From an uncultured archaeon (lineage in GTDB: Archaea; Asgardarchaeota; Lokiarchaeia; Sigyniarchaeales; SOKP01), in contig CAZDTP010000013.1 in NCBI GenBank assembly GCA_964508365.1, forward strand, positions 1,669-65,668: a DNA stretch of 64,000 nt. Reading direction: 5' to 3'. Below, piece by piece: positions 8,098 through 18,290 of this stretch. The notes beneath the pieces are model-generated. The model searched no databases, was not told the origin of the DNA, and saw nothing but the letters and a program-made list of their open reading frames with translations. Position 1 is the first letter of the stretch, and the number at the start of each line of letters is the position of its first letter. The translations under genes were made by a program, and so were the position numbers.

Positions 8098-9624
8098 TTA
8101 TTTTTCTTCTTTAATTTCTATACCATCAGTTAAAGTAACGCTATCAACCATTAATCCTTCTGCTTTTCGGTAATCGTCAAAAGTTCTAGCTTCAACTTTT
8201 TTCATGTATTTCAGGAGCTCATCTTCCACGTTTTTCTCTAATTCGGTAGGGTTGTGTGCTTCAAGAATTTTATCGACTTTTTCTCTGGCTCTTTCAATAA
8301 TATTTTTTGCTCCCTTCTTCTGCCATGTTGAACGCCTGGACCTATCAGCCAATCGTGGCATGTACAATTCTGACTTCATGTGTTTTCGAGTGTGTGGTTC
8401 AGCAAGAAAGTTAACACCTTTTTTATCACTCGTAGCGACTTTTTTGATTACATCTATTGCTATCGTATCATCGTTCACTTTTATTCCTTCCATTGCTCTT
8501 TTTACCATACCAACTAAGTCATCATCAATAACTAAAAGCTCTAAAGCTTCAACTAAAGTTGCTTCGTAAGTACCTGCGCAAGTTATATAGTTTACTCCAG
8601 CTTGAGCAGCGAGCATTAATGTTTGAAATCGTTCATACCCATTTTGTAAATCCAATAATTTAGAATCAGTCCCAGCTCCAGGACCCCGGGATGGGATGTT
8701 GTAAAATCGCGCTAATTGCGCAATTCCAGCTGTAATCAAGCCCATTTCTACAGAACCCATAGCTGAATTCCCTGAACGCATATCTGTAACGTGAGAAACA
8801 GTACCAAAAAAAACTGGCGCCCCTAGATTAAAAATTTGAGATACGACAGCACTACCTACAATTTCAGCGTTTGTTTGTGTTAATAAGCCCGCTAAAGTTA
8901 CCGGTGCTGAGGCTCCTGCTAATGCTTCTGGTGCTATGATTGTTGGTTGTTTGTACTTTGTAAATATCGCAAATCCATTTGTCATGATTTGAGGCAAGTG
9001 AAGAGGGCTGGTAGGATTCATAAAACCTACGAATCTTGGTTTTTCGACTAACTCCTCTTCCCCGCCCACGATAATTGAAGCCATATTCATCATATCCTGC
9101 GAAGCTAATCTCCCTAAGCATCCCAAACCATACGGTTTTTTTGTATTCTTAACCCATTGGTATATACATTGAGAATGAATAGTTATGTAAGACACATCAT
9201 TAGGCCACACATCAACGTGGGAGCACATGATGTTTTCTAAACTATCAACAATTTTAATTTGTTCAATAGTATCTGTTAAAACTGTTTTCCTGACTCCTTT
9301 TTTATTCGTTGGGTCATATATTTTTACGGGTGTTCCGATAGTTGCGAATTGAGTGCTATTTGTATTAACTTCGAACGAGAAAGAACCGTCAGGACCATGT
9401 AGTTTAAATGAATCTGGAACTGTTTTTAGTTGTTCTTTTACTAGCGATTCAGGGAATTTAACAAAGTGAGATGAGTCATCTACCATCGCTCCTTTTTCTT
9501 TTAAGATATCTCTTGTATCTTGAGCATCTACTTTTATACCTACTTCCGATAACAAAGTCATAGACGCAGAATGAATAGCTTCAAGTTCGTCCTTCGAAAA
9601 CACTTCGATTTTTTTTAATTTCAT
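8098..9624 (-). CDS. mttB: MttB-superfamily corrinoid methyltransferase (non-pyrrolysine)
   Basis: IHSASMTLLSEVGIKV N-terminus, GASAPVTLAG, TDSKLLDLQNGYER, LVIDDDL; no in-frame TAG. Confidence 0.9.
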   Translation of the reverse strand: MKLKKIEVFSKDELEAIHSASMTLLSEVGIKVDAQDTRDILKEKGAMVDDSSHFVKFPESLVKEQLKTVPDSFKLHGPDGSFSFEVNTNSTQFATIGTPVKIYDPTNKKGVRKTVLTDTIEQIKIVDSLENIMCSHVDVWPNDVSYITIHSQCIYQWVKNTKKPYGLGCLGRLASQDMMNMASIIVGGEEELVEKPRFVGFMNPTSPLHLPQIMTNGFAIFTKYKQPTIIAPEALAGASAPVTLAGLLTQTNAEIVGSAVVSQIFNLGAPVFFGTVSHVTDMRSGNSAMGSVEMGLITAGIAQLARFYNIPSRGPGAGTDSKLLDLQNGYERFQTLMLAAQAGVNYITCAGTYEATLVEALELLVIDDDLVGMVKRAMEGIKVNDDTIAIDVIKKVATSDKKGVNFLAEPHTRKHMKSELYMPRLADRSRRSTWQKKGAKNIIERAREKVDKILEAHNPTELEKNVEDELLKYMKKVEARTFDDYRKAEGLMVDSVTLTDGIEIKEEK

Positions 9625-9641
9625 TTAATATTCACCATTAT

Positions 9642-10298
9642 TTACATTAGACGTTTTAATAATTCTACAGCTTCAATCGCATCATCAGCCCATCCATCAG
9701 CGCCAATTTTTTTGGCCCAATCCTCCGAAGTAGGAGATCCACCAACGATAACTTTATATTTATCTCTTAACCCTCTCTTCTTAAGCTCTTCTATAACTTG
9801 TTTCTGAAAGTCCATAGACATTGTTAAAAGAGATGATAATCCGATAATATCCGCACCTACTTCTTCTGCTTTTGATATGAATTGATCAGCTGTAACCTCG
9901 ACTCCTAGGTTATATACTTCAAATCCATTCGAAAATAAAAAAGATCCGACCAAATCCTTTCCAATACTATGCACATCACTTTCTACAGTTCCTATAACAA
10001 CTTTTCCCATCGTCTCCTTTTCCTCTCCAGTAGCTCTAATTGCAGGATCTAAAACTTCATCTATCACCACCTTTACAGTTTCAGCAGAGCCAATGAGTTC
10101 TGGAAGAAATATTTCTTCCTGTTCGAATTGATCTCCCACAAATTTCATAATATCTCCTATAATTTTTAATAAATTAGGAGCCGTTGCTTCGTTATTTTTT
10201 AGGATTAATTGACAATATTCTTTCAATCTCTCTGTCTCCCATTCGATGACGAGTTCTTTTATTTTATCTTTAATAGACACTTTCTCTACAACTTGCAA
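9642..10298 (-). CDS. Cognate corrinoid (B12-binding) protein, MttC-like
   Basis: EIFLPELI cap domain; GTVESDVHSIGK (DxHxxG); GLSSLLT; VIVGG. Confidence 0.92.
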   Translation of the reverse strand: MQVVEKVSIKDKIKELVIEWETERLKEYCQLILKNNEATAPNLLKIIGDIMKFVGDQFEQEEIFLPELIGSAETVKVVIDEVLDPAIRATGEEKETMGKVVIGTVESDVHSIGKDLVGSFLFSNGFEVYNLGVEVTADQFISKAEEVGADIIGLSSLLTMSMDFQKQVIEELKKRGLRDKYKVIVGGSPTSEDWAKKIGADGWADDAIEAVELLKRLM

Positions 10299-10407
10299 AT
10301 TATAATTTTTGTATTATGATATAATCATTTGGAAAAAAAGTTTTTCATAAATCATTGGTTTATTATAATAAAATGTTCACCATCTTTAATTTCGGGAATG
10401 TAATAAT

Positions 10408-11916
10408 ATGAAGTTAAGTAAGCTTGAAGTTTTGGAAAAAGAAGAAGTTGAACTCTTCCATGAGAAGACTCTTTATTTATTAGAAAATGTTGGCATTAAG
10501 GTCGAATCTGAAGAAGCTCGTGATCTATTGAAAGATAATGGAGCAGTTGTGGATGAAACTTCTGAAGTCGTAAAGTTTCCTGAGGAGTTAATTATGGAAC
10601 AACTTAAACTTGTTCCGGACAACTTTAGATTGTGGGGTTCTGATGGATCATTCAATTTTGAAGTGAACACAAAAACCACGAATTTTGCTACCGTTGGAAC
10701 TCCTGTAAAGATTTATGACCCAACGAATAAAAAAGGCGTTCGTAAAACTGTTTTAGACGATACTATTAAGCAAATTCGAATTGTAGACACTCTAAAAAAT
10801 ATTGTGTGTTCACATGTTGATGTGTGGCCAAATGATATTCCCTATTTAGAGCTACACTATCACACGATTAAAGCGTGGGCTACTCACAGCACGAAACCTT
10901 ACGGTTTGGGATGTTTGGGTCGAGTAGCCTCCCATGATATGATGAACCTTACCTCTATTATTGTAGGAGGAGAAGAGGAATTAATTAATAAACCCCGTTT
11001 AATAGGGTTTTTTAATCCGGTAAGTCCTTTAATCTTAAATAAGCTCCAACTTAATGGCTTATTTGAATTTGCAAAATATAAACAACCAACAATTATAGCA
11101 CCAGCTGCGAGTGCGGGGGCTACAGCTCCAGTTACGCTAGCAGGGTTACTTATTCAGTCTAATATGGAAACTCTTTCCTCTATCGTTCTAACTCAACTTA
11201 TTAATCCGGGGTGTCCAGTGTTCTATTCGACTATGAACGCCCCGATGGACCCTCCAACGGGAAATGTTGCGTGGGGATCAATTGAAACAGGACTAATCAC
11301 TATTGGTGCAGCTCAACTAGCGCGGTTTTACAACATCCCATCTCGGGGTCCTGGTTTAGTTACTGAGTCGAAATGTTTTGATCTACAAAATGGGTTTGAA
11401 CGGTTTATGACGCTGTTTTGTTCAGCAAACGCCGGGATTAACTATATAACTTGTGCTGGAACTTATGAATCTTCGCTCGCAGAAGCGTTAGAATTATTAG
11501 TTATTGACGATGAGTTGATAGATGTTATAAAAAGAGGATTTGACGGCATAAGAGTTGATGAAGAGAGTATTGCTGTGAAAGAAATAACTAGAGTAGCCAC
11601 TGAGGGGAAGAACTATTTAATGTTAAAACACACCGCAAAAAACACTCGAAAGGAGATATATGTCCCAAAATTAGCGGATCGAGATCGTCGAGGTATCTGG
11701 CAGAAAAATGGTTCAAAGGATATAATAGATAGGGCAAAAGAAAAGGTTGATTCCATACTCGAAACGCAGAAAGGGCCAGGTATATCTAAGGAAATAAATG
11801 ACAAGTTACAAAATTACTATAAGATAATATCTGCGCGCAGTTACGATGATTTTCGTAAAGCTGAAGGAATGAATGGAGCTACTGCCCCAAAAATAATTAA
11901 TGGATTGGAGGAATGA
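10408..11916 (+). CDS. mttB: MttB-superfamily corrinoid methyltransferase (non-pyrrolysine), paralog 2
   Basis: Same family motifs as 8098-9624; shares the near-identical block TIGT/TVGT-PVKIYDPTNKKGVRKTVL and CSHVDVWPND. Confidence 0.9.
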   Translation: MKLSKLEVLEKEEVELFHEKTLYLLENVGIKVESEEARDLLKDNGAVVDETSEVVKFPEELIMEQLKLVPDNFRLWGSDGSFNFEVNTKTTNFATVGTPVKIYDPTNKKGVRKTVLDDTIKQIRIVDTLKNIVCSHVDVWPNDIPYLELHYHTIKAWATHSTKPYGLGCLGRVASHDMMNLTSIIVGGEEELINKPRLIGFFNPVSPLILNKLQLNGLFEFAKYKQPTIIAPAASAGATAPVTLAGLLIQSNMETLSSIVLTQLINPGCPVFYSTMNAPMDPPTGNVAWGSIETGLITIGAAQLARFYNIPSRGPGLVTESKCFDLQNGFERFMTLFCSANAGINYITCAGTYESSLAEALELLVIDDELIDVIKRGFDGIRVDEESIAVKEITRVATEGKNYLMLKHTAKNTRKEIYVPKLADRDRRGIWQKNGSKDIIDRAKEKVDSILETQKGPGISKEINDKLQNYYKIISARSYDDFRKAEGMNGATAPKIINGLEE

Positions 11917-11919
11917 ATA

Positions 11920-13203
11920 ATGAATGACGAGAATAGACAAAAAACAATGGATCAAAAAAATAAAGAATTACGAGAAAAATGGGATAAATTACATTTTGAT
12001 TCTCAACAGGGAAGAGCTGGTGAAGACCCATACCCTACTGCATCTGGAAGCTTAAGAATCCCATTATATGCAACAAAATCATATGCGTATTCTTCGTTAA
12101 CAGAATTATTAAAGAATCATTACTATTACTCGAGGACAGAAAATCCAACATTATATGCTTTAGATCAGAAGCTTGCTACTCTTCACGGTGGAGAATCAGC
12201 AGTGTCTGTAGCCTCAGGTATGGCTGCAGTACATTTAGCATGCTCAAGTGTATTGCAACAACGCGTAGAGAGAGCTAGACCAAAAAAATTAAAAGCTTTA
12301 TTACCTCAAACCAATCCCGATTGCATTCCAAATGTAATTATTCATAATAATCAATACACAGGAGTGTATCGATTGTTGACAAAAATCTATCCACAAATCG
12401 GAGTAATGACTAAAATTGTTGATCTAAGAGATCTAACAGAATTAAAAAACGCTATTGATGAAAATACAAAATTAATTTTTGTAGAAACTCCCTCTAATCC
12501 AAATTTAGATGTATTAGACATTCAAAGATGCGCTGATCTAATTCACGAAGTAAATGGAAAATGTATCGTTGATAATACATTTGCGTCTCCAGCGTTACAA
12601 AAACCATTGAATTTCGGAGCTGATTTAGTAGTAGAAAGTTTAACGAAATATGTCAATGGACACGGCGATACGTTAGGTGGTGTGATCATCGGTCCAAAAA
12701 TAGAATTGCAAAATATTAGATATTTTTGGTTAGAAACGCAAGGAGCAGTGATGAATCCCTTTAGTGCTTGGCTTATCTTAAGGGGTTGTAGAACGCTTAG
12801 TTTAAGGATGGAGCGTCATTGTTCAAACGCATTAAAAATAGCCAATTATTTAAAATCACATCCAAAAGTAGCAAAAGTGATATATCCCGGTTTAAAATCT
12901 CACCCAAACCATGAAGTTGCTAAAAAGCAAATGAAAGCATTCGGAGGTATGATTGGTTTCGAATTGAAGTCAGTAGAGAGCTGTTACAAATTCATAGATT
13001 TATTAAAACTAATTAAGGTTGGTGTTTCCCTCGGAGATACTACATCTTTAATTGAATATACATCAGTTATGACTGGAATCGATCTCGCTTCGTGGGAAAA
13101 ACGGAGAATGAACATATCAGACACACATTTCCGATTTTCAATAGGTTTAGAATATCCTGATGACTTAATTAATGATTTAGAACAAGCATTAAAAAAAATA
13201 TAA
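11920..13203 (+). CDS. PLP-dependent Cys/Met metabolism enzyme (cystathionine/methionine gamma-lyase family), divergent
   Basis: YSRTENPT, ASGMAA, ETPSNP, DNTFASP, SLTKYVNGHGD (PLP lysine), SLG, FRFSIGLE. Confidence 0.9.
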   Translation: MNDENRQKTMDQKNKELREKWDKLHFDSQQGRAGEDPYPTASGSLRIPLYATKSYAYSSLTELLKNHYYYSRTENPTLYALDQKLATLHGGESAVSVASGMAAVHLACSSVLQQRVERARPKKLKALLPQTNPDCIPNVIIHNNQYTGVYRLLTKIYPQIGVMTKIVDLRDLTELKNAIDENTKLIFVETPSNPNLDVLDIQRCADLIHEVNGKCIVDNTFASPALQKPLNFGADLVVESLTKYVNGHGDTLGGVIIGPKIELQNIRYFWLETQGAVMNPFSAWLILRGCRTLSLRMERHCSNALKIANYLKSHPKVAKVIYPGLKSHPNHEVAKKQMKAFGGMIGFELKSVESCYKFIDLLKLIKVGVSLGDTTSLIEYTSVMTGIDLASWEKRRMNISDTHFRFSIGLEYPDDLINDLEQALKKI

Positions 13204-13218
13204 AAAAAAAGAAATAAA

Positions 13219-14595
13219 TTAAGAAGACCTTACTTTCTCCATTTTATCTTTATGTAATTCGGCAAGTTTTTCTTTCATTTCTAATACTTTCTTCTTTGAG
13301 AAGGGATAGAAATATAGACAAACTAAGGAAATTCCTAAAGCAATTGCAGGTATAATTACAAATAAAAATCTTAATCCAAATATCACATCAACTCCCGGAT
13401 TTGGAACATATTCTTCCCAACCAGTTTCAGTGAAGACAAGACTTATAGTTGTAATTGAAAGAACCATTGAAAGTCGCATAAAGAAATTAGCAATACCAAA
13501 AAAACTTCCCTCTCTTCTGACACCTGTTTTTAACTCGTCGTCGTCGACGCAATCTGCAACGATGTACCAGATAAAGTATAACATTCCTCCAAAACCGATC
13601 CCCATTAATATTACTACTATAATTGCAGGCATATACGAAGATATAAAGAGCATAGGGATGGTTGCTATCACATAGGCGATTATCGAGAGTCCATATCCTA
13701 GTCTTCCCCCTATTTTAACATCTATTTTTTTCCATAGAAACATTGACACAATCCCAACGATATACAATAATCCCATGAGGATTGAAGTTTCGAATGCTGA
13801 AGTAGTTCCAAGGACTTCTGCAGAGAAAAGTGGAACGATAGTAGCGAGCAACAATAGGATATACTCATATAGGAAGAACATTATAATGTAGAGCACGAAT
13901 CCTTTGTTTTTAAAGGTGTGTTTTAAAGATTGGAAGTAACTAAACCCTTGTTGGTAGTCTAATTTAAATTCTTCTCTTTCTACTGCACCCCATTTAAGGA
14001 AGACTAACAGTGCTACTCCAACGATTATAGCAGTAACAATCCCGTTCATCAAATACCCATCTCTAGTGGTCTGATCTCCGATAAAAATACCTGGAACGAG
14101 TGCTGCTAAAATTAAACCGATAGCCGCTAAGATTTGCCGTATTGTGTTAACTTGGGTTCTTTCTTCAACTGTAGTATACAATTCTGGAAATAAGGAATCG
14201 GTAGGAAGTGCAATAAGAGTATAAGCAGTATCGTATATTAATAACATAATCAGTAAATAGAAGAATTGTGCCATTTCACCACTAAAAGGTGGTAGCCAGA
14301 TTAAAATCTCTAAAACTAAAACGGGGATTAGCCCGACCATAATATAGATTCTTCTTCGACCCCATCTAGAATGCGTTCTGTCGGAAAGGTATCCTATTAA
14401 TGGATCATTAACTGCATTCCAAATTGTCCAAATAATGAACGCTCCTCTAATCAAGTTCACATCTAACTTTACTGCAGCAAAATAAAAAGTAAATACCCAC
14501 AGGTTAAAAGCACTGTTTATAAACCATTCTACGCCATTTCCTAAAGAAAAACTCCATTTTTGACCTTTACTAAATCGTGTACTCATTTGAAACAA
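13219..14595 (-). CDS. MFS transporter, glycoside-pentoside-hexuronide (MelB/GPH) family
   Basis: WNAVNDPLIGYLSDRTHSRWGRRR, ADCVDDDELKTGVRREG, about 12 TM. Confidence 0.9.
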   Translation of the reverse strand: MFQMSTRFSKGQKWSFSLGNGVEWFINSAFNLWVFTFYFAAVKLDVNLIRGAFIIWTIWNAVNDPLIGYLSDRTHSRWGRRRIYIMVGLIPVLVLEILIWLPPFSGEMAQFFYLLIMLLIYDTAYTLIALPTDSLFPELYTTVEERTQVNTIRQILAAIGLILAALVPGIFIGDQTTRDGYLMNGIVTAIIVGVALLVFLKWGAVEREEFKLDYQQGFSYFQSLKHTFKNKGFVLYIIMFFLYEYILLLLATIVPLFSAEVLGTTSAFETSILMGLLYIVGIVSMFLWKKIDVKIGGRLGYGLSIIAYVIATIPMLFISSYMPAIIVVILMGIGFGGMLYFIWYIVADCVDDDELKTGVRREGSFFGIANFFMRLSMVLSITTISLVFTETGWEEYVPNPGVDVIFGLRFLFVIIPAIALGISLVCLYFYPFSKKKVLEMKEKLAELHKDKMEKVRSS

Positions 14596-14711
14596 CCTTT
14601 TTTAAAATTAAAATTAATGGTGAATTAAATTTTCAGTACTATTTTAAATTGATTATAATACTCACTAAAAAGAGTTATTTGTGGATCGGCAAAACTCTGT
14701 ATGGTTAATAG

Positions 14712-14924
14712 TTACGCTCGAGAATATTTCTCTATGATGTAGTTTTGTAAAGACCAAGCATATTTTTCAAGATTTAAGAGTAACACTTTTTGTTGAATTT
14801 CTCTTAAATACGGCACATCTAAATTCTCAAATAAATGTTCTAAATGTTCAATAGTATCAAAAATATTTACGATTGTTTTCCAATCTCTTTCCCATTCCTT
14901 ATCTTTTAGTTCTAATTGATTCAT
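14712..14924 (-). CDS. Small helical hypothetical protein
   Basis: 70-aa ORF with ATG and an upstream AGGAG-like site; no motif recognised. Confidence 0.6.
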   Translation of the reverse strand: MNQLELKDKEWERDWKTIVNIFDTIEHLEHLFENLDVPYLREIQQKVLLLNLEKYAWSLQNYIIEKYSRA

Positions 14925-15039
14925 TATAGGAGATAATAAATTTATAATTATTATTATGATTTCTTTATCAATTCAATAGGAACTTAGATATAAAAATGTT
15001 TAGATATATCCAAATTAGTAATTTAATTATTAATATCGA

Positions 15040-16188
15040 TTAGGTATACAATTGAAAATGTTTTTCGACTAGTTCTTTTACATCGATAAATTCAGAAATA
15101 TTGATTAAACGATTTAAATCTTGGATATCTAATAGTATATTTTTGTATTTACTATTGAAGTCGTTCGAGAAATTTAACATAAGGTCTTCTATAATATCAT
15201 TTTTTTGATTAGTGATAACCACTAAAGCATATCCGTAGTCATTTTCATACCTAACAACGATATCTGCTTTCTTTGTTTGGATCACATCGATTTTATCAGT
15301 TTTATCGATGAACTCGTTAAGTATATGGTTTAATCCTATAATAATGGTGCCCCATCTTGCTGACTTGATTTTGTAATCTGTTGCATTATCAAAATTATAT
15401 GAATAAAGCACGATCCCAGATTTATGGTAAATATTTACTGAATAAATTCTGTTTGGTAAAATGAAAAGCATCTCTGGTTTCTTAATAAGCATTATGTCAA
15501 CAGCAAAAGATGAGATCCACCATATTATAATATACATTTCTCTATAAAGAGTTTCTTGAAGTGATATATAAAGCAACAGCATCATTATCGAAATAGAAAT
15601 AAGCAGTGTATTTAACAAGAACGGTGAGCTTTGCTCTTTACTTTTTGTTTTGTCGTGAATTATAGCCGCGCTATAGAGAAAATAAATCGTAATAAACAAT
15701 TCGAATAGAATCGCTACAATACTGGTGACTAAATTAAATTTGAAATTTATGTTAGAAGGATTCATTATTGAAAACATGGGTGGAGGTGGACCATATAATG
15801 TTAATGTTATTGAATCAGGAGTTGCCAAAGCGCCAATTAATAGCCCAAACAGAAGAGTAAAATAAATGAAAGGAAATAGTTTATTTTTTTTATATTCATT
15901 AAAAAAAGAATAAGTTATGGAAGTAAATAATAAGGTTATAAAACCAATTACTAATGATGTTTTCCACATTAGGATATTAATATCATAAGATATAAATATA
16001 ACTATTGAAAACATAAAAAATGTAGAGAATAAAATTCCTGCTATAAATGTATTTGCGATATTTAAGAATGCCATTAAATCTGTACCATATTTATTACGAT
16101 GTCGAAAAATTTGAATTAAGGTATTAGTGCTTAAGATTAAGATGAGGATATAACCAATTATTAAAGAAGTTGAGATCGTATAATTCAT
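15040..16188 (-). CDS. 7TM membrane protein with C-terminal longin-like domain
   Basis: Seven hydrophobic segments, then IYSVNIYHKSGIVLYSYNF...IIIGLNHILNEF...YGYALVVIT...LMLNFSNDFNSKY (beta-beta-alpha-beta-beta-beta-alpha-alpha pattern). Confidence 0.7.
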   Translation of the reverse strand: MNYTISTSLIIGYILILILSTNTLIQIFRHRNKYGTDLMAFLNIANTFIAGILFSTFFMFSIVIFISYDINILMWKTSLVIGFITLLFTSITYSFFNEYKKNKLFPFIYFTLLFGLLIGALATPDSITLTLYGPPPPMFSIMNPSNINFKFNLVTSIVAILFELFITIYFLYSAAIIHDKTKSKEQSSPFLLNTLLISISIMMLLLYISLQETLYREMYIIIWWISSFAVDIMLIKKPEMLFILPNRIYSVNIYHKSGIVLYSYNFDNATDYKIKSARWGTIIIGLNHILNEFIDKTDKIDVIQTKKADIVVRYENDYGYALVVITNQKNDIIEDLMLNFSNDFNSKYKNILLDIQDLNRLINISEFIDVKELVEKHFQLYT

Positions 16189-16441
16189 ATTGTAATGTGT
16201 AAAAAATATCTTCTAATTAACTTATTGAAATACGAAAATCTATGAGATTTCGAAGGGCATAAAATAAAAATATACCTAATTAAATAAAGAAGAAACATTC
16301 ATTTTTAAGAATTACTCAAGAACCATTCAAAGAAGAGATAAAAAAGAATAGTAAATATTTTTATAATAAAATAGTCTTTTAACACATTCAAAGTGCTATT
16401 CCTATATATTTTTCAACTCTGCTATATATTAGTTAGAATAT

Positions 16442-17542
16442 TTACGCCTCTGTTAAATAGTGGCTAAAATTTTTGATGACAAGTTTATTAGCATTATTAA
16501 ACTTAGAAACATCAATTAAACGGTTTAAATTTAATAAATTTTCTTCATTAATTTTGGAAAAATCTAACATAAATCTCTCTACAGCAGATTCCAGAATTTT
16601 ATTTCTATGTTTGGCAATTAATAAGGCAGCATAACCTAATTGTGTATTAAAATTAAAAACTACAGCGCGATCTTTCATTTTTATGTGAGTTACTTGAGTT
16701 TCTACATTAGCAAGGTTAGCCAAAATATGACTTACCCCGATAAGAATACTTCCTTTTAATAGACTTTCATCAACTTCTTCTCTTGTTTGAAAGTTAAAAG
16801 AATAAAGTAGAATCCCTGACTTATGGAAAATAATTAAATCATATATTTTATTTGTAAAAACCGCAAATAGGTTAGGTTTTTTAATAGAAATACCGATAAA
16901 ATATCCAATACTAATAAGATACACTATAGAATGAAGTATCCTTAAGTAGATATCTAATGTAATAAGATATAAACTGTAAAAAAAAATGTTTAGGCTAAAA
17001 AGGAGGATAAAGATATAATAAAATTTACCTAATTTCTTGTCAGCAAAATTATGATATCCTGTTATTTGTATAATCCAAGAAAACAATATGATACAAGAAT
17101 TAAATAGGATAATTGAGGTTAGTAATCCAATGTTATTAAATAAGTAGAAATATTCAAAATCTTTCTGGATAACAGTAAAAGAATCGGGAACGAAGAGTAG
17201 ACTCAAAAAAATTCCTCCTATAAAAATATAAATCAGCGCGGGTAAAAATCTTACTTTACTGTCTTTGTTTAACTCAAGGTTATGTATTGATGCAGTCATT
17301 CCTACTGAAATAATTCTTGTAATAATTGAAATATACCAAATTATCAATGCTAAGGGGATGTCGAAGAAAATTTCTGCTGATAAATTAAACGAAATAAAGT
17401 AGGTTACTTCGCTTATGAAGAATAATATAAGTAAAATAAAAAATCCTAATTCAGCTTCATATTTTTGTCTATTTAATATTATATAAATTATGTCAATTAA
17501 ATAGATTAGAACAAAAATGCTAATAAATATGCTTGCAATCAT
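16442..17542 (-). CDS. 7TM membrane protein with C-terminal longin-like domain (paralog)
   Basis: Seven hydrophobic segments, then IYDLIIFHKSGILLYSFNF...ILIGVSHILANL...LGYAALLIA...AVERFMLDFSK. Confidence 0.7.
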   Translation of the reverse strand: MIASIFISIFVLIYLIDIIYIILNRQKYEAELGFFILLILFFISEVTYFISFNLSAEIFFDIPLALIIWYISIITRIISVGMTASIHNLELNKDSKVRFLPALIYIFIGGIFLSLLFVPDSFTVIQKDFEYFYLFNNIGLLTSIILFNSCIILFSWIIQITGYHNFADKKLGKFYYIFILLFSLNIFFYSLYLITLDIYLRILHSIVYLISIGYFIGISIKKPNLFAVFTNKIYDLIIFHKSGILLYSFNFQTREEVDESLLKGSILIGVSHILANLANVETQVTHIKMKDRAVVFNFNTQLGYAALLIAKHRNKILESAVERFMLDFSKINEENLLNLNRLIDVSKFNNANKLVIKNFSHYLTEA

Positions 17543-17681
17543 CTATTCTATTAGAAATATTTATTAATGAATTTCGTTTACTTTTTTGTCAAAGTAGATT
17601 GACAAAGTCAGCTACAAACATATAATGGTCTAGCAAGGTATAAGAAGTTTTACATGAGAAGTAAGATAATAAATTGATTTA

Positions 17682-18188
17682 TCAACTCACTTTCCTCTTT
17701 ATATGGCCTTCTAACCAACCAATTTTCTCCGTTTCTCGAATATCGAACTGGGAAATGTATGGCTTGATATCTAGTACAGGTGTTTTATCTAATATATCTA
17801 AATTATTGACAATTATAATATTCTCCTTAATCTCACTAAGTTCTAGAATAGAAAAACCTATAGGATTTGGTCTAAAGGGTGTTCGGATGGCAAAGACTCC
17901 TTTAATCTCGTCTTTCAAAAAGGGTTTAGATTGTAGAGGAACAGGGAGTTTTACCATGTCAAAAAAGTAAATGCAAATAATATGAGAAAAGCCAGCTAAA
18001 TCTTTCAGCGCTTTTTGGTATTGTTGAAATATCTCTATTTTTCCTTTCGCATCAGACATAGTTGATTGAATAGGGATTCCCTTCAATTCCGTAAAGGGAG
18101 AATGGACAATTCCAATGGGTTGAAAACATATCTTGTTTGGGAATTTTCTTTCATTTGGATCAATTAATTCTCTTTTTTTGATTTCCAT
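17682..18188 (-). CDS. trmO: tRNA m6t6A37 methyltransferase TrmO (TsaA)
   Basis: PIGIVHSPF, GVFAIRTPFRPNPIG, LDKTPVLDIKPY. Confidence 0.92.
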   Translation of the reverse strand: MEIKKRELIDPNERKFPNKICFQPIGIVHSPFTELKGIPIQSTMSDAKGKIEIFQQYQKALKDLAGFSHIICIYFFDMVKLPVPLQSKPFLKDEIKGVFAIRTPFRPNPIGFSILELSEIKENIIIVNNLDILDKTPVLDIKPYISQFDIRETEKIGWLEGHIKRKVS

Positions 18189-18290
18189 ATTCTTGAAGAA
18201 CTCGTAATTAAATATAAAACTTTATTCTGGTTAATAAGAATATAACTAATTAATTTTTAAATTGGATCGAGGTTTTTAGAGTATACTTTT

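Noticed and set aside
10316-10328. ATGAT-ATA-ATCAT inverted repeat in the divergent mttB promoter gap
   Set aside because: Too short and AT-rich to call without conservation data
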